Source: Octopus vulgaris (taxonomy: Eukaryota). Taken from it: a DNA stretch of 64,000 nt. Below the pieces are notes generated by a model. It saw nothing but the letters and a program-made list of their open reading frames with translations, was not told the origin of the DNA and searched no databases. This document shows positions 24,541-39,172 of this stretch, in pieces; position 1 is the stretch's first letter; each line of letters opens with the position of its first letter. The translations under genes were made by a program, and so were the position numbers. Where the stretch lies: assembly GCA_951406725.2 (NCBI GenBank), contig OX597820.1, positions 44,516,001-44,580,000 on the forward strand. Direction: 5' to 3'.

Positions 24541-25989
24541 TATAATTAGTAGTAGTAGTGGTGGTGGTGGTGGTGCCAGCAACACTTCGTTCGTAAGTTC
24601 TGTTTTATTTTAACTGTATTTGAAAAAACTTGGTTTAATATTTTTTTTTTGCCTTGTGTGTACGTAAATTGCAAAACATTGTGAGAAGCTACTCAGTTCC
24701 CCTACATTTTCGTCCTTCGGGGCAGAATTTGTAATTAATATTCGTGAAATTTGCTCACTTCTTTACAAAAAATAAGAAGAAGAAGAAGAAGAACATTACG
24801 TTGAATTATTCGGCAAAAAGTCGAGGGAATGACATTAGAGATCGGAAATGCTGTATTGACCTTGACTACTTTATGTTAAGACAAACCACCACCATCATCA
24901 CCACCACAAAACAGCCATCTTTAGTACTGGCCGAAACAAGAACAACAACAACAACAACAGCAACAAGGAAAATGAAAACCACAATAACAATCAAAAACAA
25001 CAATTGTAGCAGCGGTAGGAACAATGACATGTCAAACAAAGAAACGCGCAGGAGAGAAGAGTTCATTGCTACCGTCACCATCACCATAACAACAAACTGT
25101 AACAGCAGAAACAATGCCACTACTACCACTCACCCACCCCAATAAAAAGCAAAATGGCAGCAACGACGACGAAAGTAGTAACGGCAGCAGCAACAACAAC
25201 AACAGCAACTGTAACAGCGAAAGCAATAACACCAGCAGAATACAAATCAATAACACCACCATCAGCACCAACTAACAGCAGCAAGGCTTCCTTCACTAGA
25301 GTGATCCCCCTCAAGAGAGTTTATTCAGTTTCTCCTTAGAAGAGAAGCTGATAAAATTATGGGACACCACTCGATTTACAAAAATTAGGGGAAGAAGTGC
25401 AAAGCTTCTGAGATTCTAACTGCGACCACTAGGACTGTTCGATATCGCTGCGTGAGTTTAACGACTCGTCACCTGGAAACGGTCATGAACACCCAAGTAG
25501 AAAGAGTTTTCTACGATGCATGGCAGGACATCCAGCATGTATCTAAAGCAAAGTAGTTTGGCGGGTCAATATAATACTTAAGGTTGAGGCCCACGTAGTA
25601 CATTCAGTGGTCTCCCACTTCAGCGAGGGCTTCGCTCTCCCACCCCCACTTATTTGGGAAGAAAGGCGATAGAGGTAACAATACCGCAGATTCCACCAGA
25701 GCTATATCTCCGGTGGATATAAGTATGCATAGTGTAGGAAGAAAGCTAATCTCTATTGGATGTGAAGAGAACAAGGCAAGGGAAGTAGTTTCGGATCACA
25801 CTGAAAATCTTTCTCCATATAAAGGCTGAACTTGGCGGCATTTCGTCCGTCTTTATGTTCTGAGTTCAAATTCCACTAAGGTCGACTTTGCCTTTCATCC
25901 TTTCGGGGTCGGTAAATTAAGTACCAGTGAAACACTGGGGTCGATATAATCGACTAGTACCATCCCTTGTGCCCTCAATAGAAAGGATT

Positions 25990-26880
25990 ATTATTATTAC
26001 TGTTGTTGTTTTACTCCTAAGGCGCTCGGTCTTGTTTGCTCAAGTAGATTCTGTGAGAGCGGACAGCAGCCTACTGTCAGGGTCTCACAGGGTCTCTTTC
26101 CGCACATTATGATCCTTGATACTTGGTTGTTAATTATCGTGAGAAACATTCAACATCCAAACGCCAATCTCAAAATCCTAGTTGTCCCCAGCAGGGCAGG
26201 TTGGGGGTGGGGCTTGCTCTGCTCTCAAGTCAATTTCGATTTCTCTGACATATTTCGTGAGTGTCCCTACAACTACTGGAATGAAAGACACTCTCCTCAT
26301 AGTCCACATTCTTGCAATTTCGTTTTTTAGTAGTCTGTACTTTTTAATCTTTTCTAGTTCTTTGTCACTTATGTGTGCTTCCTCAAGTATTACAATATCT
26401 ATAATCTCGATTTCCTTTTTTCTTTTATCTACCACAACAACATCTGGTCTCTGAGCATCGATTAGGGAGTCACATTAGATTGTAAAATCGCAGAGTATCT
26501 TATATTCCTTGCTCTCGGTGACTCCTTCTGGTTCATGTTCGTACCATTTCCGTGCTCTGCCTAGGCCATACTTTTCATATAGCTTCCAGTGAATAAACTT
26601 AGCCATGTTATCGTGCCTCATTTTGTAGTACTTTTGGGCCAGCTTGTTACACTCACTCACAATATGTGAGATTGTTTCGCTTCTGCTGCCACACATCCTA
26701 CAAAGGAGCGATTCGCTACTCTTATCTATTTGGAATTTGGTGTAATTAGTTTTCAGAGTTTGTTCCTGAGGCGCTGCATATCTATGCCTCAGGGCATCCT
26801 TTCAGACCACTTTTTCTTAGCCATCTCCAAGTACTGATCTTGTCTTTTCCTTCGATTTCTGCAGTGATTTCATTTTCCAA
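25990..26880 (-). mobile_element. R4/Dong non-LTR retrotransposon 3' fragment
   Basis: Reads APQEQTL...CRMCGSRSETISHIVSECNKLAQKYYKMRHDN...WYEHEP...RPDVVVVDK...IID...EKIKKY...PVVVG. Ends at a short (TAA)n. Confidence 0.9.
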
Positions 26881-26899
26881 TTGTTTGTTCTTATAGATC

Positions 26900-28100
26900 A
26901 AGAAAGGGCGCTTGGTACCTGGAGCGTCGGTAAACGCTCACAGCTTTCTGCCTGTCGGGCAACGCGGTCGGAGGAAGTTCCACTATGAAGTTCTATAGGG
27001 GATCAGTAGCGGGAAAGACCGATGGCATCCTTGAGGAAACTCTGGGCGTCAGGGTGGGGAGTTGATTAACTGGTCTTTGCCAGAGGACTTTCGGGTTGGG
27101 GCCTATGGATAACTGCTAGAAATCCCTAGCCTGGCAGTGCTACCGAGGAGCTCTGCCGGTTCGAGACAAGCTCTACAGACAGGGAAATGATGTCAGACGG
27201 ACCTGTGCGTATCGCATCCGTCATCTATTGCCTGACCGCCGTGCCTTGTCCCCATTCGAGCCTTGCCAAGTTGGAGCATCCCCTCTTCAAATTCTTGTGA
27301 AGAGGACAGGTTCCGTTAGTGAGCCGGTCCATCTGCTGCCAGCACCCTCTACGTAGATGGCTGGGCATGCCATGGTTAATGATGCGTATACATGCGCTGA
27401 GGTTGCGGCATCTCCAGATATTCTGCCTAAACGGTGAACAGGTGTGGTCGCCGTTTGTCAAACAGGCCTTTCCCCGGCTGGTCTCCTTAGCTGCAGTCCT
27501 GGTTCATGAAAAGACCCAGAAAGGGTGAATGACATCTGGAATGTTGCCAGTCTGTTCTGAAGGACTTTCGAACCGAGGACGATGGATAACTTCCAGTACT
27601 GACGGTTCGAGACAAACTCTACAGGCACGGAAATACTGTCAGACGGACCTGCCCAAGACACGCACAGAGCGACGAAACCGTTCTGTAAGCACTCGTCTAG
27701 TGTCCATGCATTACTGACTAGTGGAGTTATGTCGAACAGTTGTTGTCGCGTGTAGGACGGATCCGGCTATCGGCTGAGTCCATAGTGAAGAAGGACCTGC
27801 CGCCTTCCTTTGGCCAGGAAGGGCAGGCAATTTTCCCGTCTGGTAGCAGTAGCGAACTGAAGATAGACACTTTTCTCTTCGGCGAATCCCTTATCAACTC
27901 TTTCAAATTTCACTTGGAAAGGAAAATGAGGGTGGAGAGAGAAGTGATGTCCCCTAGTACATTTGCTGAAAGGTGGGCGAATGTAGCGAAAATGGCCCGT
28001 GAGTGAACTTACTCTAATAATGTGCCTGTAGGCTGGTGAATTTGAGGAGGAGAGGTGTACCCTTTCAGAGTACCCTCGAAGCGTTGGGTGGTTCAGGATT
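26900..28100 (+). mobile_element. Tx1-clade LINE fragment with internal deletions
   Basis: Reads LGMPWLMMRIHALRLRHL...WSPFV. Its C-terminus TFLFGESLINSFKFHLERKMRVERE..FAERW is homologous to the 19550-19700 element. Confidence 0.65.
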
Positions 28101-30460
28101 GGTGGGGTACCCCGAAAGAATGAAAGGCAAATCAACCTCGGCGGAATTCGAACTCAGAACGTAAGAACGGACGAAATGCCAAGTATTTTGCCCTGCGCGC
28201 CAACGTTTCAGCCACCTTATATAAGGATGTTCATATTATTTACTGCCAAATAATATTTAGTGAGCTGAATAAAAGAATGGTAGGTATCCCACAAACACGA
28301 AGTGAAATAACACTATTTATAAATCAGATAGTAGTTTAATGTTAACAAGACGAAATTTGTTAAACTTACCAGTGAGGAAACTGGCTTCTCTGGCGTAAAG
28401 AACGTTCAATCATGCTAAGCAATTCAGTTGGATGGACTAAGGAATAAGTAATTTTTAAACCTCGTTTTCATTCTCTCTGTTAAATATTTATTGTAATGGA
28501 AAATCTCTTGGGTGTTTTTTTTGGTATTTCGCAGACAGAAGGGAAATAATCTGGTAAGTCAATGTTTGTTCCGCTTTGAACAACAAAATTAATTATTCAG
28601 AATATTCGGAAATTTAGAATGTTTGGAAACCAATATTTTACACTACCAACTTTTCTAGACGCACCCATATTCTGAAGTAGTTTCCAACAATTTTTGTGAA
28701 GTACTGATAAACAATGGAAAGAATGTGATTAGCAATACAAGAATATTCTTAGAATTTTAAATTAGTCTTGGTAATGAAAAGAAATTGCAGAGAAAAAGAA
28801 GGCTGTAAGTCTAGGAAGAATATGAAAATTTTCAATACATATATAAAGTTCAATATACATCTCATTTTACAGAGCTCAGTTTGATTGAAGATTAAGACTG
28901 GCTCCAAACAGGTGCTGATTATTAGTTTTTTGTAATTCTTATGTTCACAAGAATTTTGTTGTATTCAGAATTATTTCCAAAAGTGCCATATTTTCAAGAA
29001 AAATTAACGTTTAAATTGCATTTTTGTTTATTTGTTTAATTGTTATACAGATTTGGTTCGTTTTTTAATCTATATTTAGTTTAGAACATTTTCAGTGTGG
29101 GTATGCACACACCAGCAAGACTGTTTACCGCCACTATGACTGCTGTCTCCTCCCTCTTCAACGGAGGTGGCCATTTTGAAATACAATTCTTTGATTCTGA
29201 TTTCTGTTCTTCCAGTTATTTTTCAAAATTATTATATTGCACTCAAACTGGAATACAGGAGAGCTGTATTTGTGAAAACTTGGCGATGTCAAGGTCATGG
29301 CGTTATACATTGAAAATCGAAGTGGTCGGTACTGTTCTGGAGAACTTGATTTCTTAAATGTGCGACTGTGATCGTGTCTGCACGGTCGACGTAGATAAAC
29401 CCGACTACTGGAAAGTGACCATGTCGATCCATGGCCATGCAGAGGCTTCTCTTTAATCTGTCTCATTATATTTCATTCTTGATTATTATTATTATCATTG
29501 TTGTTATTGTTGCTGCTGTTGTTGTTGTTGTTCTTCTTCTTCCAATCAGGACTCACGCCATTAGCCAGAAAGAATAATCTCTAATTCGAGCCTACTCTAA
29601 GCTACTAAGAATGCGTGCGGCAGCTTGAAGATCCACCCACCACATGTGATAGGCTGGCGGTTGCACGGGCGCGAAAGCTATGTTGTTATCCTCATTCCGT
29701 AAACGGTGGCTTTTAACGGGTGGAGAGCTGAACCATCCTGGGGAACAGAGGATTCGCAATCTAGACTAGGGTCTGAGAGGTTACCACACCAGAGTGGATT
29801 ATACCATGGCTCCTCTGCTTTGTGGCAGAAGTATGAATAAAGAGTGAGAGAAAGTTGTGGTGAAAGAGTACAGCGGAGTTCACCACTTTCCCCCACCGGA
29901 GCCTCGTGGAACTTAAGTGTTTTTGCTCAATAAACACTCACAAATCTCGGTCTGGGAATCGAAACCGCGTTCTTACGACCGCGAGTCCGCTGCCCTAACC
30001 ACTGGGCCATTGCGCCTCTACTGCTGCTGTTGTTGTTACTATTATAAGGTGGCGAGCTGGCAGAATCGTTAGCACGCCGGGCAATATGCATAACAGTATT
30101 TCGTCCGTCTTTGTGTTCTGAGTTCAAATTACGCCGAGGTCGACTTTGCCTTTCATCCCTTCGGGGTCGGTAAGATAAGAGCCAATTGAACACTGGGCTC
30201 GATGTAATCGACTTAACCCCTCCCACAAAATTTCAGTCTTCTGCCTATAGTAGAAAGGATTATTATTATTATTATTACTACAACTACTATTACTACTACT
30301 ATTACAACTACAACTATACCACTACTATTACTGAATTCAGTGGAGTGACAGGCAAAGGGACTTGTGACATTTAGTGACGTTCCATTACATTCGAAACTCC
30401 TCATAGTCGACTTTTACTTTTCATTTTCTTTATTTTTTTCTTTTTAGAATCAATAGCATC

Positions 30461-30701
30461 AATACCAACTAAATGCTGGGGTTCGTTGCAATCAACTATA
30501 CCAGTCCGCTTGAAAATGCATCGACTTGTACCTCTGTTAAAAACCACTAATTCTATTTGTTCTGTTGTTATTAATAAATAGCATAAATACCAACCAAATG
30601 CTGGGGTTCGTTGCAATCAAACTATACCAGTCCGCTTGAAAATGCATCGACTTGTACCTCTGTTAAAAAACCACTACTTTTATTTCTTCTGTTGTTATTA
30701 A
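30461..30701 (+). repeat. Tandem duplication, period 125 bp
   Basis: AATACCAAC.AAATGCTGGGGTTCGTTGCAATC...TCTGTTGTTATTAA at 30461-30572 and 30586-30701. Confidence 0.9.
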
Positions 30702-31489
30702 CACGGTCTCGTGTCTGCTTTTGACTGTACTCTGTCTTTGTGATTCTCAATGATAAACAATACCGTTCTATTATCACGTTTCACTGTCTTGCAGCAAATC
30801 TGTTGAGATTGGTGCAAGTTTTATTCTTATTTCTTTATATATTTATTTATTTTTGTTTCGTCCCCATTGTTTTCGTTTCATTGTTTTCCTCTTGGTTGCT
30901 ATAGAGATGGAGCTGGAGCTGTCTATATCTACACCGTTGTATATTTTGATGGTTGTATAAAATTGTTATATCATTGGGAATGTCCTTCAGAGAAAGAAAA
31001 TGTGTGTGCTGAAGTGAAATGCTGTTTGTGAATGCATGAAGGTGATGGGGAGGGGGTGCGTTAAGTGGGGGGTTACAATGTGTTGTGAGTCCTGGCGTAG
31101 CTTTTAAGCTTATTTTTTTATTATTTTTATTTTTATCTTTCATTTTTTATTTATATTTATTTTTTTATTTTTATACTTTATGTTTTATTTTATTTTTATT
31201 TTTCTAAGGTTCGGTTTCATAATTCAGAACATTGTTCTTGTTCTTATGATGATGATTATTATCGTGAATAACTAAAAGAATCGGTGGAACAGCACAGAGA
31301 AAATTCTTGCAATATTTAGTTACGTTCTTTTATTTTCTGGGTTCAAATCCCGTCCAGACTGACCTTGACTCGTGCCATTCCGAACTCAATGAAATAAAAT
31401 ACCATTCAATACCAGTATTTAGTGCAACTTTCTTAGTTCTTGTAATCCAGATTCAAGATACTGGCCACCCTGACTTTAGTGATTTGACA

Positions 31490-32055
31490 TAGTGATTTGG
31501 GACCTGACATAATGATTTGGGATGGAGAACAGAAACTGTGTATAGTTGGGAAAATGAGCTGCCCAACGGATATTAATATAAAGCTAAAGATCGGCGAAAA
31601 AGAAAATACCTATGCTGAAGAATTAAGAAATCTGTAGTTACTCTACCCAGATTACAAGTTCAAGCTTATACTTGTAATTATTATCACACTAGGATATGTA
31701 ACACACTGCTAAAATACCAATCTTGAGAAAAGGAGAAAGCTGATTCGATGACTACATATCCAAGCCACCACAGGAACTATAAAAAAATCTGTAAAACTTT
31801 CTAGAAGTTTAGCATTTAACTAAATAGGCGCATGTCTAGACATGCAACTATATGCATGAGAATACATATATAAAGCAAAACACAAATCTGCACATGCACT
31901 GACTCCAAATACTGCACATATACACACATACATGCTAAAATACCCTGTTGATGTTGTTGAAATTCCAATGAAGGGGCCTTGGATCTAGGTTAGAAACCGG
32001 CTCTTTCTCTATTGGCAAAAAATCTTGAAATAAAACTGAATAATGACATTTACAT
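31490..32055 (+). mobile_element. 3' fragment of the same R4/Dong-like family, ending in (TACA)n
   Basis: 31610-31900 is colinear with 10450-10760. The 3' UTR ends AATAAAACTGAATAATGACATT then (TACA)n. Confidence 0.8.
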
Positions 32056-32855
32056 ACATACGTACGTACATACATACATACGTACATACATACATACATA
32101 CATACATACATACATACATACATACATACATACATACATACATACATACACATATGCATACATACCTACATACATACATACAAACATACATACATGCATA
32201 CATACCTACAAGCACAGAAGATGTTTTACAGTGTGTTTTGAATGTTTAACCTTACAACAATGCCAACCTGAAGAAGACTAAATAAGTAAATGGCTTGCTT
32301 TTTCCTTCTTTTTTACAAATAAAAGAAACACCTTTTATTCATCAACTTAGCTTCATTCATACCAGATTTTGAAAATATTTTCCCCCTCGAAGAACTTCGA
32401 ATTACGATCATGGCTGACACCGATAACAAAAGTACTACCAATATTGACACCAACATAGACGTACATATACACATATATGCATACATACATACATACATAC
32501 ATACATACATACATACATACATACATACATACATACACACTGATAACGCAACCATTGTCTTTTTGACAGACGACAAACAAAACCACCGACAGACGGTTGG
32601 CCGACATAATGAATAAAGACAAACGCAGTTGTCGGTATGTTTACATGTAGACTTGCACCCGCCATGTCCTTTACACACTTAAGTAAATATGTATAACATG
32701 TTTGCCTGTGTATGTATGAATATATATATAAACATAGGCACACACACACATATATCAAATATATATATATATCAAATACATATATAGATTTATAGATTGC
32801 TATACACATATCTGTGTGTATACATATGCGTGTATGTGTGTGTGTGTATCTGTGT

Positions 32856-32906
<51 letters not shown>

Positions 32907-32922
32907 TAATACACACACACGC

Positions 32923-33010
<88 letters not shown>

Positions 33011-33611
33011 TTATTGGCTACGCAGGGCTAAACACAGAAGGGACAAAATACAAAGTAGAGCTTTTCTTTCTGGGAAGAAAAGAAGGGGGTAAAGGGGGGC
33101 GAATTCCTATCAAAAGGGATCGTGAAAAAAAGGTGGGGATTCCGATCAAAAGGGATTGGGAAAAAAAAGTGGGGGCCGATCAATAGGGATCGTGAAAAAA
33201 AAAGTGATGGTGATGGTGATGGTGAGGGACAAACTCAAACATACACACGCGCGCGCGTGTGTGAAGGCACATGGCTCAGTGGTTGGAACGTCGGGCTCAC
33301 AATCATGAGGTAGTGAATTCGATTCCCGGACCGAGCTCTGTGTTGTGTTCTTGAGCAAGACACTTTATTTCGCATTGTTCCAGTTAACTCAGCTGTAGAA
33401 ATGAGTTGCGACATCTCTGGTACCAAGCCTTATGGGACTTTGACTTTTCCTTGGTTAACATCGTTGGTGTGGAGGTGGGAGTCTGGTATTCACGGGTGAC
33501 TGCTGGTCATCCACCCTCGGAGGGTAATTTTCTAGGTGCAATCTCATGATCATTCATGATCGAGGGTGGTCTTCTACTTCATATATATATATATATATGC
33601 ATATATTCTCA

Positions 33612-33709
<98 letters not shown>

Positions 33710-33893
33710 CGACGAGTTTTTTTTCAGTTTCCGTCTACCAAATCTACTCATAAGGCTTTGGTCGGCCCGAGGTTATAGTAGAAACCACATACCCAAAGTA
33801 CCACGCAGTGAGACTTAACCCAGAACCATGTGGTTGAGAAGCTTCTTACCTCACAGCCATACCTGCGCCTGTGGATGTATGTAAATATATATC

Positions 33894-34538
33894 TACATCT
33901 AATGTAGGATAAAATTTTTCTAAAAAAAGTTTATCAATGGCCAGCATATTAAAAAATACCTTTAAAGGTTAAATTTATAAACAACTTATAAATAAGTGTG
34001 TCTAGTTTCGGCATATTTGGCATTAGGAATTTTTTCGTTTGCCCTTATTTATAAGTTGTTTATAAATTTAACCTTTAAAGGTATTTTTTAATATGCTGGC
34101 CATTGATAAAAAAATTTTTCGAAATATTTCGAAATATTTCCTACATTAGATGTAAATTTAATAGTGTTCACTTCCGGACGCTCTCACTCTGTGAGAGTTT
34201 CAGTTCGAATCGCATGTGTCTCGAATGGGCTGGAGAATTTCTATTTTGGATATATTTGGGGTACTTAATTGTGCTCATGACTTAGTCTTTGCTTCTTCCA
34301 TGGGTATGAGTAAGTATTTCATTTATTTCTTTGCCGCATTTATCACTGACGAAGGGAAGGTTCTTATGAACTAACCCTGAAATCGGTCCTATATGGTAAT
34401 AACGGAAGTTTTTAGAAATTTCTGTCGACCTTTTTCGAGTAACGTGCTTATTGTGATAAATTATATGGTTATGAACAATGTGTCTAGTTTCGGCATATTT
34501 GGCATTAGAAATTTTTTCGTTTGCCCTTATTTATAAGT

Positions 34539-34541
<3 letters not shown>
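33894..34541 (+). mobile_element. Non-autonomous Penelope-like element: 5' inversion + 482-bp partial tandem + hammerhead motif
   Basis: 33894-33996 is the reverse complement of 34044-34154, and 33997-34059 repeats at 34479-34541. CTGACGA AGGG...CCCT GAAATCGGTC at 34346-34388. Ends in (TA)n. Confidence 0.8.
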
Positions 34542-34593
<52 letters not shown>

Positions 34594-34598
34594 ATATT

Positions 34599-34905
34599 AT
34601 TAGTGTACATTTAAACACAAACGTGGTGGCCTTACATGCTAGAGAAGCAGTCAAAGGTCCAAACCACGGTTAAGAGCAATTTCGAAGGGAAAGAAAAATA
34701 AAAACATGTTTTCATTCCCTTCGAAATTGCTCTTAACTGTGGTTTGGACCTTTGACTGCTCCTTCTAGCATGTAAGGCGACCTGTTTAAGGTCGCCTTTT
34801 TTGTGTTTAAATATACACTAATTTTATACGGAAAATATGTTGCCTATTGACTACTTATACATGTTAGGCCACTGGTAGAAAAATTTCTATAATTTTCCTA
34901 CCCTG
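34599..34905. repeat. Foldback (about 110-bp arms) + tail of about 85 bp between (TA)n tracts
   Basis: 34599-34697 pairs with 34709-34822. Confidence 0.9.
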
Positions 34906-34908
34906 TAT

Positions 34909-34957
<49 letters not shown>

Positions 34958-34972
34958 AATAGATAAATAGAT

Positions 34973-35083
<111 letters not shown>

Positions 35084-35411
35084 TTGTTGTACTTCGGGAT
35101 GGCCATTGTGACAGAATGCAGTCAGTGGATCAAGAACACACACGAAAACGAAAAGTGTCGCTGAAGAGGTCACAGATGTGTAACGAAAGATTACCGGATA
35201 ATGGATAGGCGTCAAAATAATAAAAATAATAAAATAACATTAATAAACGAGTGGAGAAATATATATATATATATATATATATATAGTGCGTGTGTTTATT
35301 TGGCAAAAATAAAATAATAATAGTAATAAATACAATGACCATCCCTAAGTGCAACATCTGTTTTAACACACGATTTCACATCAGGAATCTTGCAAAACGA
35401 ATTGATAAATG

Positions 35412-35496
<85 letters not shown>

Positions 35497-35868
35497 TATA
35501 TATCCTATTTGTCGCTAGCTGTCGTGTAGTAATAGAAAGAGCTTTCCCATATCCGTCGTCCCCGATCCCAACCACTAGCTTCGGAAAAGTCTCACGAAAA
35601 AGTGTTCGCACCACTGCACCGTGCGCGTCCGCCATAAAATTGTGAGACACAGGATGTTGGTGCGACAGGAAGAATGTTGGCACAAAAAGGGACCTGTGAA
35701 ATGTGAGGATTGTGGGCGGGAGACAAAGGGTTCGTAGGAAAAGTTCAATATTGGTATATTGTTAAACGCAAATATTGTCATTTTGGGGGTTTTTTCTGCG
35801 CTGTTTTTATACCTTTTTATGACATATGACTGAACAAGCTCTTTGTGTTTCCACACATAATTGTGAGC

Positions 35869-36436
<568 letters not shown>

Positions 36437-37009
36437 GTGGGGGAAATGTTTGCTATCATTCAGTGCCGGCGACTATGTTTTCGTCTGTATATATTCCCGT
36501 AATAAGAACGATTCAAAGATTTGCATAGACCCTTCACAAGGCTATCACGCTAAATCCTTAAATTGGTCAACATTCAAGGCTATTATTATTATTATTGTCA
36601 TTGCAGTTGTTATTCTTGTTATTCTTGTTGTTGTTGTTGTTGCTATTGTATCTTTTATTTGCAGTATTGTCTTTATCATTCCTTCATTTTAAGATTCTCG
36701 AATGCGGAAGCTTCTAAGTAGCTTCTAATCTAATCTTGTCCTGGATTACATAAATGTATCAGAGTTTGTATTTTGTTTATTTGTTTGTTTTTCGTTTAGT
36801 CTTATTTATTCTCATCATCATCATCGTTATCATCATCATCATTGTTGTTGCTGTTAGTATTTTCTAATTATAAGTGCTTAACTGATTACGCGGAAATTCA
36901 GCTAAAATAGTCATTATGAAAATAGTCATTATGATTAAACACCGCCCCACAAAAGAATAACTGGTCTATGCCTAAATTTGAAATTATTGCTGTTATTGTT
37001 GTTGTGTTG

Positions 37010-37076
<67 letters not shown>

Positions 37077-37267
37077 CTAAGGCGGCGAGCGAAATGCTTA
37101 GCGGTATTTCGTCTGCCGTTACGTTCTGAGTTCAAATTCCACCGAGGTCGACTCTGCCTTTCATCCTTTCGGGGTCGATGAAATAAGTACTAGTTGGGCA
37201 CTGGAAACAATGTAACCGACTAGTCCACCCGTCCAAAATTTCAGGCTTTGAGCCAATTGTAGAAAGG

Positions 37268-37324
<57 letters not shown>

Positions 37325-37826
37325 GAGTGAGAGAGCAGTTCATGCCATCAAAGTGACACTGGAGTAAAATATACGAAGCCCAATATACCCATCATGACTA
37401 CCCGTCTGATAAGGGTACACCAGGCACATGCATCACAACCATATGTGCGCGACATGGTGATCTCATATCAAGATAAACAGCACATGACCTTGCAGGTGGT
37501 GCCCAGTTAGAAATTTCTTCAGGTTGAGTAGCTCATCCTGCTCAAAAGGTCCCTGAATAAGGGTTGTTTAAGGATGTTGAAAGAACCACCCATGTTTCCA
37601 GAGGTGAATTATTCAAACCCCAAAGAATCCCTCTCAACACATGGCTATGATGCTCCCCCACTACTTCTGCTCGTGATCAGAGATGCACATATCGTCAGCC
37701 ACTAAGGGACATGCTCAAGTGGTTATGGTCAAACAACTGACAAGCAAATCTGTGGTATTGAGCAGAATGTTTGCTGTAGCCCATCTTTTATACCAAGACA
37801 AAACAATGTACATGATTACACTTCCA
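37325..37826. mobile_element. Unclassified insert of about 500 bp within (TTA)n
   Basis: Complex non-coding sequence with sharp borders and (TTA)n on both sides. No TIRs or ORF recognised. Confidence 0.45.
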
Positions 37827-37837
37827 TATTATTATCA

Positions 37838-37869
<32 letters not shown>

Positions 37870-38206
37870 TGGACTACTATTTGCTACTATCCTTAACACG
37901 CACGTGCATATTATTGTGTATGTCTAACTCCCCTTTGTGACTATTTTAAAATTCGATCGGTGTCTGGTAAAATTAAAGAACTAAGACTGGTATGTCAGTG
38001 TTTCTCCATCTCTGTTAACATTTTCTCTTTTTTATAATGTTTGCTTTGATATTTAAGTCATTTTGGGTGTTAAAACCATTTTCCAGTAAACAAAATCTTC
38101 AATTGTACTTATCCTGTAATTTCTCAAAATGTAAGTCCTTAACCTGCAAACTACGTGCATTTGTAATATATGTGTGTATGCGTGTGTGTGTTTGTGTATG
38201 TGTATG

Positions 38207-38268
<62 letters not shown>

Positions 38269-38321
38269 TGTACGTGTGTGTATATATATATATATGTAAT
38301 TTACAAATTTATATATGTGTG

Positions 38322-38376
<55 letters not shown>

Positions 38377-38673
38377 GTATGTTTGTATGTATGTATATAT
38401 GTCTATGTATTATGTATGTATGTAAGTGCGTGTGTGTGTGTCTTTGTGTGTTGTATTTCTTTGTGTCTGTGTTTGTTACCCCCGCCTCTTCTTGGCAGCC
38501 GGTGTTGGTGTGTTTACATCACTATAACTTACCAGTTCGGCAATAAGAAATCGATAGAATAAGTACCAGGCTTTAAAAAATGTACTGGGGTCGATTCATT
38601 TGACTAAAAATTGTTCATGGCGGTATCCCAGCATGGCTGCAACCTAATGACTTAAACAAGTAAAAGATAAAAG

Positions 38674-38759
<86 letters not shown>

Positions 38760-38980
38760 AATGTATATAATCATAATTTTACATCAATTGTTTTTCCAGT
38801 TTGCAAGCCCTGGACAGCTGAGATTCAACGGAAGTCCACAACTTCATTTCAAATCTCTGTCTTCATTTGTAATACAAGAAGCATGAAAGCCACACATCAC
38901 ACATCATACATACATTTTGTTTGCTTCCCTTCTTTCAAGCCTAGACTAACACCATTCTATTAACAGGGTCTTTTCTAAAA

Positions 38981-39172
38981 TATAAATCTTTACGGCTGCT
39001 AAATAGGACAATTTAACAAGTTTTAGCTACAATAACCAGCACGGTACCAAACTCAAATTACAGTACAACAAACAACACCAGAATCAGCGTGGAGGCTCAC
39101 AAACTTAACAACTCTTTCTCCGAAAAGACAGCGTCCAATCCAACTGACCACTGTGACTCTCCATCTGTAAGT
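38981..39172 (+). promoter_or_regulatory. Candidate TATA box and non-coding first exon of the Reeler gene
   Basis: TATAAAT at 38981, an ATG-free unique stretch, then a consensus donor GTAAGT at 39167. The ATG exon begins with a strong acceptor at 44344, so an upstream exon is expected. This assignment is inference. Confidence 0.35.
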
